A stretch of DNA of 64,000 bases, from the sequence record PX418213.1; one strand, written 5' to 3'. Source of the DNA: a phage. Each line of letters begins with the position of its first letter. The first letter of the stretch is position 1. This document shows, one piece after another, positions 55,755 to 64,000 of the stretch. The notes below the pieces were generated by a model, which worked only from the letters and a program-made list of their open reading frames with translations, did not search any database and was not told the origin of the DNA. A program made the translations under genes and the position numbers.

Positions 55755-58604
55755 TTAAATAGTAGCCCAACCAACAGATTGCTCACCATTTTCCCCCTCT
55801 GCTCTAATCCTAAATCGTAGTTTACGATTAATTCCTAAAGCACCTGAGTTTAATAGTGCAAAATCCGCCTTATTATATGTTAATAGATAGTCATAGGTAT
55901 AGGCATCCTCTATCCTAATACTACGAAGCATTCTATCCTGAGAATCATGTATTTCTAGAGTGTAATAGATTTCTGGGATTATTTCTTCCTCAGGTATCTT
56001 ATCCCAAGCAAGTTTCACGTCTGGACCAACAAATTCAGTCACATCTCCAGAAGCTGTATTAGTTACTCTGAAGTTACTAACTACACTCAAGTTTCTAGCA
56101 GAGTTAAGATCCACGGAAAGAGTAACAGGAGAACTACGTCTACCGTTAATATCAACAGCACGTAACTCAAAAATAGCTAAACCAGCAGGCTCACCTATAA
56201 TCTCCTGAATCATCCTTTCATTAGGATTATTCTCTAATTGCTGAATTATGTAAGGATCTACATGTCCTGAATGAGCTATAGAATAATATACTACGTTATT
56301 AGTAAGACTAGGTAGCCAAGATAGTTCCCCATTTTTACCTATAGCACCTATCATACCACCAGGAGTTGGTGTATATTTAAAGTCTCTAGGAGGAAGAACA
56401 TTATTACTAATATCTGGAATATCATTGCCACTATTATCCACTTGATCAGAATTGATGAATACATCTTCACCATATTCTTGTAGTGTTAAGTTAATCTTAC
56501 CATCACGAGTATTTTCTACCTCATCTACTAAGAAGAACTTGTCTTTCCATCCATAACGCTCATAAGTAAAAGCAATCGGATCATTTGGCTCTATACCAAT
56601 GAACTTATAGGGTACTGAGAAGCTAAGTGTACGTGAGTACCTGGACTTTTTAAGCTCTCTATCAGCGTAACTACGAGCGGTGTAGTAGTTAGTAATATTT
56701 GCAAAAGATAGCTGAAGTTTTTTATCCAAACCCTTATCTTGTTCTTTAAACTTAGAGTTATAGAATGTAATAGAGTTTGTTTTCCAGCTTAGTGCAGGAT
56801 CCACTAAAGATGCTTGTACTGAGTTAAACTTATTCCTACCAGTAGTATCAGATAAGTCTAAGTCCCCATAAGTATCTAGAAAACCTATTTTCAAAGGAGT
56901 TGTAGAGTGCTTCTCTACAGTTATTCTATACTCACCAGATAAGTTATTTATAGCACCACCAAAAGAGTCCAGTACTCCCTGAACGTTTTTAAATACTGAT
57001 TCGGAGGTGTCTAATATAGTATTTAACTGGACTACTTGGCGGTGTTCAGAAATAGAATCACTCCAACCAATATATCTCCAATAGGGTTGCCAGCTAACCT
57101 GATAAGATTCATCAATTATATCTAGAATTTTTGCTTCTGATATAATTTTTTGTAGTGGAAACTGGTCTAGAGTTATATTAGCTCCATAACGTTCAGAGGT
57201 TAGATAGTCCATGAGCTGCCAGATACCGTTAAGGCTAGTTTTATCAGCTTTAACAGACCCATCAGAGCTATATACTTTGACTTTCTTACCTTGTACTTCA
57301 GCACTAATTTCTGGAATTTCAGTTCTATTCTCATTAATAGTAAATCTAACTACAGCGTAGGCTGTGTCTAATAGCTTATAACGAGAATCCCAGTATTCTG
57401 GGCCATTGCCATTTTGATTCTGTAAATAGAAACCTTTTCTTTTAGCAATATCCACTAATACTTGAGCTGCTGTCTGGTCTGGTTTGCCATGAAAGGTCCA
57501 TATTCTTATGTCACCATTACCATCATTATACTTATACTCCTGACCATGAACAGAAGGTTGAGAAGTACTTGTACCAGCAGCTAGTCTATGCATTGTATCA
57601 CCTACTAGTTTTTTACGACCGAAGCAGGTTCTAGTATTGGAATCTGTTTCATCGAAACAGATCATTGGGCTGTCACCAATATAGAAATCTAGGAATCCAT
57701 CAATTTCTCCTTCCGAGAAAGCGTAGACTACGTACACTATATTAGGATTATTTAGCTCAGTATCTGCAAAAATAGGTATACCAGGAATTTTCTGGACACC
57801 GTATACTACAGGTATAAATTTAGCTGCTAAGTTAAAGTCTAGGTCAACTTCTTTAGTTACAGTCTCATAGTATTTTTTAAGGCTATAGCTTCTAGACAAA
57901 CCAAATAACTTTTTCTTAGACTGAAGTTTATAACGTTCTTCTTTTACTTGATATTTAGCTAATATAGTGGTACTTTTATTAGAGTGGAAGAATCCATAGT
58001 CTTCTTGATACTCGGGACGTTTAGCACCATTTGATGGCTGAAGAGTTCCATTAACAACTTCAAGTCCTCGGTGAGAAGCATCATCGGTATAGCGACCGTT
58101 TACCCTATCAAAATCATAGAACTGGTTAGAACAGTTCCATGTTATAACAGAAGTTCCTATACCGGAAGTACTAACATTATCCTTTATTCCGCCGCCAGTA
58201 ATTTTACCACGAAAGAATAGTAAAGGTCCATTAGTATCAGGATCTACAGGAAGAATATTACCTTCTTCATCAATTATAGCTTGATGTATAGTGATAGTTC
58301 TATCTAAGAAAGATACTCCATTTTGAACTAGTTTTAATACTTCATCTTCTGCTGTACCAGTTATGGTAAAAGATAGACTACCAATAGATAGTTCACGGTT
58401 TTGTTTGTGGGAGCCGATACTTTTTACTTTACCGGATCTATATAATATTCCGTTATAAGTAACATCTCTAAAGTAGTCAGTTAAATAAATATAAGTAGCA
58501 GCAGAGCCTGATGAACTAGGAAGCTCTAAAGCTATAAGACAAGCTGTTTTTAGCTTGTCATGAGTATTAAGATATGTTTTAGCACTATCGAGTATCTGCT
58601 TCAT
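55755..58604 (-). CDS. baseplate hub protein (pb3-like)
   Basis: 949 aa; size and position between Dit and pb4-like gene match T5 pb3. Confidence 0.6.
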   Translation of the reverse strand: MKQILDSAKTYLNTHDKLKTACLIALELPSSSGSAATYIYLTDYFRDVTYNGILYRSGKVKSIGSHKQNRELSIGSLSFTITGTAEDEVLKLVQNGVSFLDRTITIHQAIIDEEGNILPVDPDTNGPLLFFRGKITGGGIKDNVSTSGIGTSVITWNCSNQFYDFDRVNGRYTDDASHRGLEVVNGTLQPSNGAKRPEYQEDYGFFHSNKSTTILAKYQVKEERYKLQSKKKLFGLSRSYSLKKYYETVTKEVDLDFNLAAKFIPVVYGVQKIPGIPIFADTELNNPNIVYVVYAFSEGEIDGFLDFYIGDSPMICFDETDSNTRTCFGRKKLVGDTMHRLAAGTSTSQPSVHGQEYKYNDGNGDIRIWTFHGKPDQTAAQVLVDIAKRKGFYLQNQNGNGPEYWDSRYKLLDTAYAVVRFTINENRTEIPEISAEVQGKKVKVYSSDGSVKADKTSLNGIWQLMDYLTSERYGANITLDQFPLQKIISEAKILDIIDESYQVSWQPYWRYIGWSDSISEHRQVVQLNTILDTSESVFKNVQGVLDSFGGAINNLSGEYRITVEKHSTTPLKIGFLDTYGDLDLSDTTGRNKFNSVQASLVDPALSWKTNSITFYNSKFKEQDKGLDKKLQLSFANITNYYTARSYADRELKKSRYSRTLSFSVPYKFIGIEPNDPIAFTYERYGWKDKFFLVDEVENTRDGKINLTLQEYGEDVFINSDQVDNSGNDIPDISNNVLPPRDFKYTPTPGGMIGAIGKNGELSWLPSLTNNVVYYSIAHSGHVDPYIIQQLENNPNERMIQEIIGEPAGLAIFELRAVDINGRRSSPVTLSVDLNSARNLSVVSNFRVTNTASGDVTEFVGPDVKLAWDKIPEEEIIPEIYYTLEIHDSQDRMLRSIRIEDAYTYDYLLTYNKADFALLNSGALGINRKLRFRIRAEGENGEQSVGWATI

Positions 58605-59215
58605 AGACTTTCCCTCAAGGAAAGTGAAATACCAGAGTAAGTACCATTGTTATTTAATGTAGAACCAAAAGAATCAGCATTCATTAGCTTAGTTCTAAAT
58701 AAGATACCATTAAAAACTGGTTTTTCACTACCCGTAGTAGTAATAAATAGGTCAGGGTATAAGGATAAGTTCCATACATTTCCTGAGCTAGTAAAATTTG
58801 TTATTTTATAGACTTTTGGGTGATTTGATAATTTAAATAGATCTCCAGCTTTTGGTAGTCCTGTCAAGGTTCCATTAGTATTTAGTATAATCTGAGAACC
58901 TTTCTGTCCTGCTGGTATAGTAACATTTTTAGTATCACCACGTACTCTAAATGCTTCATACTGAGGTAGAAGTACTTCTAGATAATCTCCAGTTCTTTTA
59001 TATTCTAAAATTTTAGAATCTAGGAACGCATATTCATCTGGGAAAAGTTCCGGGTATGAGATATTAATTCCCCAGTATTGAGCAGATATTTTAACCTCTT
59101 TGACTTTACCATTAGGTAATTCATCACGAATCATAGGGTCATTATCTACTACGTTGACGCTTTCAAAACCTAACCCTGGGTATTCTGGGTTCGTGTATGG
59201 ATCTGGTAGTCTCAT
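58601..59215 (-). CDS. distal tail protein (Dit, pb9-like)
   Basis: 204 aa; immediately downstream of the tape measure gene. Confidence 0.6.
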   Translation of the reverse strand: MRLPDPYTNPEYPGLGFESVNVVDNDPMIRDELPNGKVKEVKISAQYWGINISYPELFPDEYAFLDSKILEYKRTGDYLEVLLPQYEAFRVRGDTKNVTIPAGQKGSQIILNTNGTLTGLPKAGDLFKLSNHPKVYKITNFTSSGNVWNLSLYPDLFITTTGSEKPVFNGILFRTKLMNADSFGSTLNNNGTYSGISLSLRESL

Positions 59216-59324
59216 AGTTAATTTCTCCTCTTTAATAACAATATTATAATAGTATTGGAAAATTTTATCAAGAAATTTTTATTTTTCCATAAAGAAAAGG
59301 AGGACATAAAGTCCTCCTCCAATA

Positions 59325-62300
59325 TTACATATTACCAAGAGATTTAAGGGTGGATCCATTCTCATTAAGAGCCAGTTCCACGGCATCTCTTAAAGCAGTG
59401 CTGTTATTCGATGCAAAATCTCTAAAGCTAGCAGCATCCATTGTGCTAATATTCAGAATGATTGGTCTTCCAGAGGTAGTCTTTGATCCATCGGAAAGCT
59501 GATCATTAGGTGTGGCTTTCATAGGAACCATAGGAGTTACTACTTCGGTACCGTGCTCACCCATTTGATAGCTAACTCCAGGGTACATCATACCACCCTC
59601 AGCACGCGGAACAAATGAGTTGGCATTACCAATACCCTTATCACCACGTAAGTAGGATAATTCTCCTGAACTAGCTTGCATAGATACATCAATGTTCTTC
59701 TGTCGCTCACCTAAAGTTAGGTACTGAGTAGTATCTGCTCCAGAATCTGCAATAGAAGACATACCAGATGCAGAAGATGCTTGAGCAAGAGCTAAGGCAC
59801 CTGCCAAACCTGCCGCCACCATCAAAGGAATAGAGAACGGGTATGGTACAGCTGTTGCCGCTTGCATTACTGCTACTGCTGTCTGGATAATAATTTGTTT
59901 CTTAGCTGCATCTTGCTGAATTTTTAACTTTTCAGCTTCTAACTTTTTCAGTTTAGCTTTAGATGCTTCAGATTTACCATCTCGTTTCTGTTCTGCTGCA
60001 ATAGCCTGGTCAATCGCACTAACCTGCTGACTAGCACTATACTGAATCACAGAAGATACAGCTTGCATACCTGCTGCGATCGTAGAAGTAGTATCTAAAG
60101 ACCCCATGGAGAACTGAATCATAGCATTGGTTAAATTACCCATGCTTTGAGCCACAGCAGTTGCTTCGGAGTTTAGCTCAGATAACTTAGAGATTGCCTG
60201 ATCATAAGAAGCCATTCTATTTCCCATATCAGCAAAATCTTTGTCTTTTCCAGATAGTCCAGTTGTAGGGGTATACACAGCACCTAAAGAAGACCCAACA
60301 GAAGCTTGCATTTGAGCATTGCGTTGTGCTGTTAAAGCTGACATCTGAGCCCTTGTCTTAGCTATTTCAGCATTCCAGCGCATTTGCTCGTTAGCATTAC
60401 CTTTGGTAAGTTCTTTCATCTGAGTATAAAAATCTAACTGCATTTCCATTTTTTGCATTTCCCCTGCCAGAGGGAACATGGAAGTTAGAGTATTTTCAAA
60501 GGCTTCTTGCCTTTTACTGGTCATTTCAGCTTGCTGGTCCTGACGGAATTTCCATATTTCACGCTCAATTTGGGCTTGAGAACGTCTAGACTGTTCGGCC
60601 TCTTTCTGTTTATCAGCTTGTTTTGTATACCATTCGTACTTCTCTTTTTCAATGGTCAATTCAAGATTTAACTGTGCTAGACGATACTGAGTATCTGTCA
60701 TAGTACGGTTATTTAAGAGAGCTATCTCACGATCTACACCCAGAATTTTATCAGTATAATCCTTAACCTTCTTCTGAGCTTCCATACCCTGATTAGTAAG
60801 TTTAAGTTTCTCCAGCTGAATTTTTTCAATTTCTTTCTCAACAGCTTTATTTCCCTGGTTTGTTTGAAGTACACGGCGTAGGGCAGCTTCTTGCTCTTCT
60901 AACTGTTGTAACTCTAAACGTCTACCTGCTTCTTGTGCTTTTTCTTTATCCTTAGTTTGGTTGTATACATCAGCTATCTTCTGTTGAACTGCTAACTGAT
61001 TTTTAGTTTCATTACCAGTTAGTTTAACATACTCAGATAAGGCCTGAGACGCAGTTTTCATTTCAGACAGAGTGTTATAGCCTAGGTTAAGATTTTTAAC
61101 ATACTCATCTGCACTTTTACCAGTACCTAGAGATAGAGATTCTATGTTTTTTATAGCATCTGCTAAAGTAGCACTAGTCTTAGCAGCAGTATCTGTATTC
61201 TGAGCAACGTTCTGTATATCATTAGCTAAGTCACTAGCAGTTTTCTTAGTCTGATTATATGCTTTTTGTTGTTCAGTTAGTCCTTTTAATACAGTAGAGT
61301 TAAAATCGTATACAGCATCAGGATCAGTAGTATCTCTCTGTAGATTAATCTGTTTCTGAAACTCTGGATTAGCCTTTGCAGCAGCAGCCCCAGCAGCTTG
61401 ATACGCTGATTTCCAAGCAGTAAGATTCTCTGTAGAATCATTAACTTCTTTATCCAAGCGTGCTACTTGTAGTCCCATAGCGGCAGTTTCTGCTACAAAT
61501 TGTTTATTAGCTTCCGAAGCACCTGCTGCTGCAAGACCAACAGGAATACCTTCACCAACTTGACGTATAGCTAGTTTTGTGTAGAAATCTGCTTGTTCCA
61601 TTCGTTTATCGAACTCAGATTTTAGCTTATTACGCTTATCAAGAGATTCCTTATACATATCTAGAGCTTTATTATAGCCTTCTTCAGAAGCGGCCAAACT
61701 TAAAGCAACAGCACCAACGTTGGTAGGATCTATCTGTCTATTAGTTTTTTCTTGAGCCCTAGCTGCTTCAGCAGATACAGAAGCCTGAGAAGTATAAAAT
61801 ACTGTGTTGATAGCATCAATTACTGGTCCTAAGTACTTAGCAGCAGCTTGTTGTACTGTTCTTAGTGCAGCATCTGCGTTAGCAGCAAACTGCTCCCACG
61901 GAGTAGCACGTAAAACTTCATCTAAGTAACCAAAACGTTTAGTAGATTCTGCTATAACAGCATTAGCATATGCTTGCTGTTTCTGGAAAGTGGTAAGACT
62001 ATTAATGTTATAAGTTATGCCTGTGTTTGCAGCATTTAACTGTTTAACGTAATCAGCATAAGCATCGTTAAGACGAATAGTAACACCAAGTTCATCCAGA
62101 AGTTCGATTTCTTGTTTAGATACACCCTTAATTACACGGTTAAGTGCATCAGTCATATCAACACCAAGAACAGCGGCAGCACGACGAGCTACTAAACCAA
62201 ATTTATTAAGTTGTTCAGCATCAAATCCATAAGCGGATGCTGAGGATGCTTGCCTCATAGCTTCTTCAAAAGAGATTGCATAGCCAGCTGCCTCTTGTAG

Positions 62301-63008
62301 TGATCTAGCAAGAGACTGAACAGGAGTACCTGTCTGAGTACCAACTATAACACCAAATTTTTCTAGACGATTTAACTGATCACCTAGTTTAAGCTGTTCG
62401 AATGCAGATTGCAAAACGAAGATGTTAGAAGCAATAGCAGCGTATAATAAAGGTAAACCACCACCAACTTTAGCCATTGCCGCAAAATCACGAGTTGCAC
62501 CACGTGCTGAGCCAGAAGTATTACCAATAGCTCTAGAAGCTCTACCAGCGGCACCAGCAGTATCATTAAAACCTCTAGCTGTACCGCCTAAGACTCTATT
62601 GGTGTCATACAATCTATCTTGAACTTTCTCTGTTGCAGCTGCAACATCATTACCCATTGCTTTAACAGATCTAGAAACTCCATCGAATCCAATCTCTAGT
62701 TTATCTGTTACTTCAATAAGTTGGATAGCAAGGTCATCTAACTTAGCCCCTATATCATTTATAGATTTAGTAACACTAAGCATACCTCGGCTTGCTTGCA
62801 TTTTAGTAAGACTTTTCGCTGCTCTATCCGCTGCCCTCTCAATGGAGTAAAGGGTTTTGGGCATTTTACCTAACTGTTCATTTGTCAGTTCGGAAGCAGC
62901 AGCAGCGTTTTCCAACGCATCAGATACGTTTTCAATAGACTTTGCAGTACGAGTTGCCCCCTTCTGCTTAACGTCTATTAGTAATTCTCGTATTAGCTTA
63001 TCAGTCAT
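59325..63008 (-). CDS. tail tape measure protein (pb2-like)
   Basis: 1227 aa; long predicted coiled-coil, Ala/Gln/Lys-rich; hydrophobic Gly/Ala-rich segment near the C-terminal third. Confidence 0.8.
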   Translation of the reverse strand: MTDKLIRELLIDVKQKGATRTAKSIENVSDALENAAAASELTNEQLGKMPKTLYSIERAADRAAKSLTKMQASRGMLSVTKSINDIGAKLDDLAIQLIEVTDKLEIGFDGVSRSVKAMGNDVAAATEKVQDRLYDTNRVLGGTARGFNDTAGAAGRASRAIGNTSGSARGATRDFAAMAKVGGGLPLLYAAIASNIFVLQSAFEQLKLGDQLNRLEKFGVIVGTQTGTPVQSLARSLQEAAGYAISFEEAMRQASSASAYGFDAEQLNKFGLVARRAAAVLGVDMTDALNRVIKGVSKQEIELLDELGVTIRLNDAYADYVKQLNAANTGITYNINSLTTFQKQQAYANAVIAESTKRFGYLDEVLRATPWEQFAANADAALRTVQQAAAKYLGPVIDAINTVFYTSQASVSAEAARAQEKTNRQIDPTNVGAVALSLAASEEGYNKALDMYKESLDKRNKLKSEFDKRMEQADFYTKLAIRQVGEGIPVGLAAAGASEANKQFVAETAAMGLQVARLDKEVNDSTENLTAWKSAYQAAGAAAAKANPEFQKQINLQRDTTDPDAVYDFNSTVLKGLTEQQKAYNQTKKTASDLANDIQNVAQNTDTAAKTSATLADAIKNIESLSLGTGKSADEYVKNLNLGYNTLSEMKTASQALSEYVKLTGNETKNQLAVQQKIADVYNQTKDKEKAQEAGRRLELQQLEEQEAALRRVLQTNQGNKAVEKEIEKIQLEKLKLTNQGMEAQKKVKDYTDKILGVDREIALLNNRTMTDTQYRLAQLNLELTIEKEKYEWYTKQADKQKEAEQSRRSQAQIEREIWKFRQDQQAEMTSKRQEAFENTLTSMFPLAGEMQKMEMQLDFYTQMKELTKGNANEQMRWNAEIAKTRAQMSALTAQRNAQMQASVGSSLGAVYTPTTGLSGKDKDFADMGNRMASYDQAISKLSELNSEATAVAQSMGNLTNAMIQFSMGSLDTTSTIAAGMQAVSSVIQYSASQQVSAIDQAIAAEQKRDGKSEASKAKLKKLEAEKLKIQQDAAKKQIIIQTAVAVMQAATAVPYPFSIPLMVAAGLAGALALAQASSASGMSSIADSGADTTQYLTLGERQKNIDVSMQASSGELSYLRGDKGIGNANSFVPRAEGGMMYPGVSYQMGEHGTEVVTPMVPMKATPNDQLSDGSKTTSGRPIILNISTMDAASFRDFASNNSTALRDAVELALNENGSTLKSLGNM

Positions 63009-63091
63009 GTTTTATTTTTCCCAATAAAAAAGGCTCTGGGCAAATCACCCAGAGCCAAGCCTCATCGTGGAACGCCCATTGGAGGAAACTT

Positions 63092-63460
63092 TTACCGTGC
63101 TCGAGATTTAGCATGTGGCTTAACGTTAGGAATCCTTCCGTTTTGCGGTTTATGCTTCTCAGCACGTTTACGTGCAGCATCTACAGCTTTAGCATCAAAT
63201 ATATTGATAATGTGTAGAACAAATTCTTTTTCTATAGGATCAGTAATCCCATAAATATCAAATAAAACACCTAATGCAGCCTTATCCTTACCTATAAAAA
63301 TAGGAAAGTCACCCGGTATGAAACAGTCAATTAGACTGTTATAAATATTCATACTAATAGCTACAATAGGTGGAAAATCCTCAAGTTCAACGGGCATAGC
63401 CTTAGGATCAGGCTCTATACCCATTGACTCACAAAGTATTAAATATTGTTGTTTGGTCAT
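63092..63460 (-). CDS. hypothetical protein upstream of tape measure (possible tail assembly chaperone)
   Basis: Position only. Confidence 0.35.
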   Translation of the reverse strand: MTKQQYLILCESMGIEPDPKAMPVELEDFPPIVAISMNIYNSLIDCFIPGDFPIFIGKDKAALGVLFDIYGITDPIEKEFVLHIINIFDAKAVDAARKRAEKHKPQNGRIPNVKPHAKSRAR

Positions 63461-63521
63461 TTTAGATGCTGAGCTTTTAATACATTTATCTGCAAAATCA
63501 GCAACAGCATCTAGAAGTTCT

Positions 63522-63926
63522 TTACGCTTTTGCGCTACGAAAAGTATCTAAGTGGAACACTGTCTGGTTGATCCAAGAATCAAACGCAGCAGAGTTCTGC
63601 ATAAGCATTACAGCATTATCGCGACTAAAAGGAACTTCAGTCTCAGGATCAGCATCTGTTTCAATCAGCATCAGTTTTTCAACGTCACCTACAGTCAAAC
63701 CAGTCCAACCTTTAATAGCAGCATCAACGAAGGCTTCAATGAACTTATCATCATCCTGTACCTGAATCAAAGTACCATTAACCCACTCATCACGTTTAGC
63801 AGAAGTGATAACTCGTTTAGAAGTAGCACGAGACATATAATTAAGCTCTAGCTTAAAATTCGGCATGCCTGGGTATGAGAGAGTGACAGTACGAGTTTCT
63901 AGAGTAATATCTTTTAAGTTAATCAT
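63522..63926 (-). CDS. hypothetical protein upstream of tape measure (possible tail assembly chaperone)
   Basis: Position only; acidic protein. Confidence 0.35.
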   Translation of the reverse strand: MINLKDITLETRTVTLSYPGMPNFKLELNYMSRATSKRVITSAKRDEWVNGTLIQVQDDDKFIEAFVDAAIKGWTGLTVGDVEKLMLIETDADPETEVPFSRDNAVMLMQNSAAFDSWINQTVFHLDTFRSAKA

Positions 63927-64000
63927 TATTTTCTTTCTCCAAAGAAGTTTATTTCTACAGGATCTGAATCAGCAGTAGGTATTACATCATACTCTACCTG

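Noticed and set aside
1-64000. Prophage/integration signatures, CRISPR arrays, rRNA genes
   Set aside because: No integrase, attachment-site repeat pair, CRISPR-like repeat-spacer structure or rRNA-like sequence was seen; gene content matches a virulent T5-like phage.

Overview
This window reads as one contiguous piece of a T5-like (Tequintavirus-type) virulent phage genome, probably a relative of T5 rather than T5 itself. All calls come from reading the sequence and the ORF track by eye (motifs, sizes, gene order); no database search or folding program was run, and RNA and promoter coordinates are approximate (+/- 2 nt). Layout: (1) 1-20.9 kb is a minus-strand early region with at least 13 tRNA genes interspersed with small ORFs, most units preceded by a stereotyped sigma70-like promoter (TTGCTN, 17-bp spacer, TATAAT), then a SPFH membrane protein, a SleB-like hydrolase, a DnaQ-like exonuclease, a NADAR protein, RNase H, thymidylate synthase, DHFR, NrdB, NrdA and PhoH. 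A rightward three-gene cassette of low-complexity proteins (4.2-5.9 kb) is embedded in this leftward block. (2) 21.2-49.1 kb is a plus-strand replication and recombination module: NrdD, an accessory cluster (Sir2-like, HAD phosphatase, two tandem paralog pairs), a 0.6-kb ORF-free region, an SF2 helicase, an HNH-AP2 homing endonuclease, a split NAD-dependent ligase, DnaB-like helicase, primase, family A DNA polymerase (855 aa), a second helicase, SbcD/SbcC-like nuclease, flap endonuclease (291 aa) and dUTPase. (3) 49.1-64.0 kb is a minus-strand tail module: L-shaped tail fibre, collar, pb4-like and pb3-like baseplate proteins, Dit, tape measure and two small upstream ORFs. No rRNA, CRISPR array, integrase or attachment site was seen. 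The most unusual items are the counter-oriented cassette, the NAD/ADP-ribose-related genes (Sir2-like, NADAR), several non-canonical tRNAs and two promoter-associated ORF-free regions.
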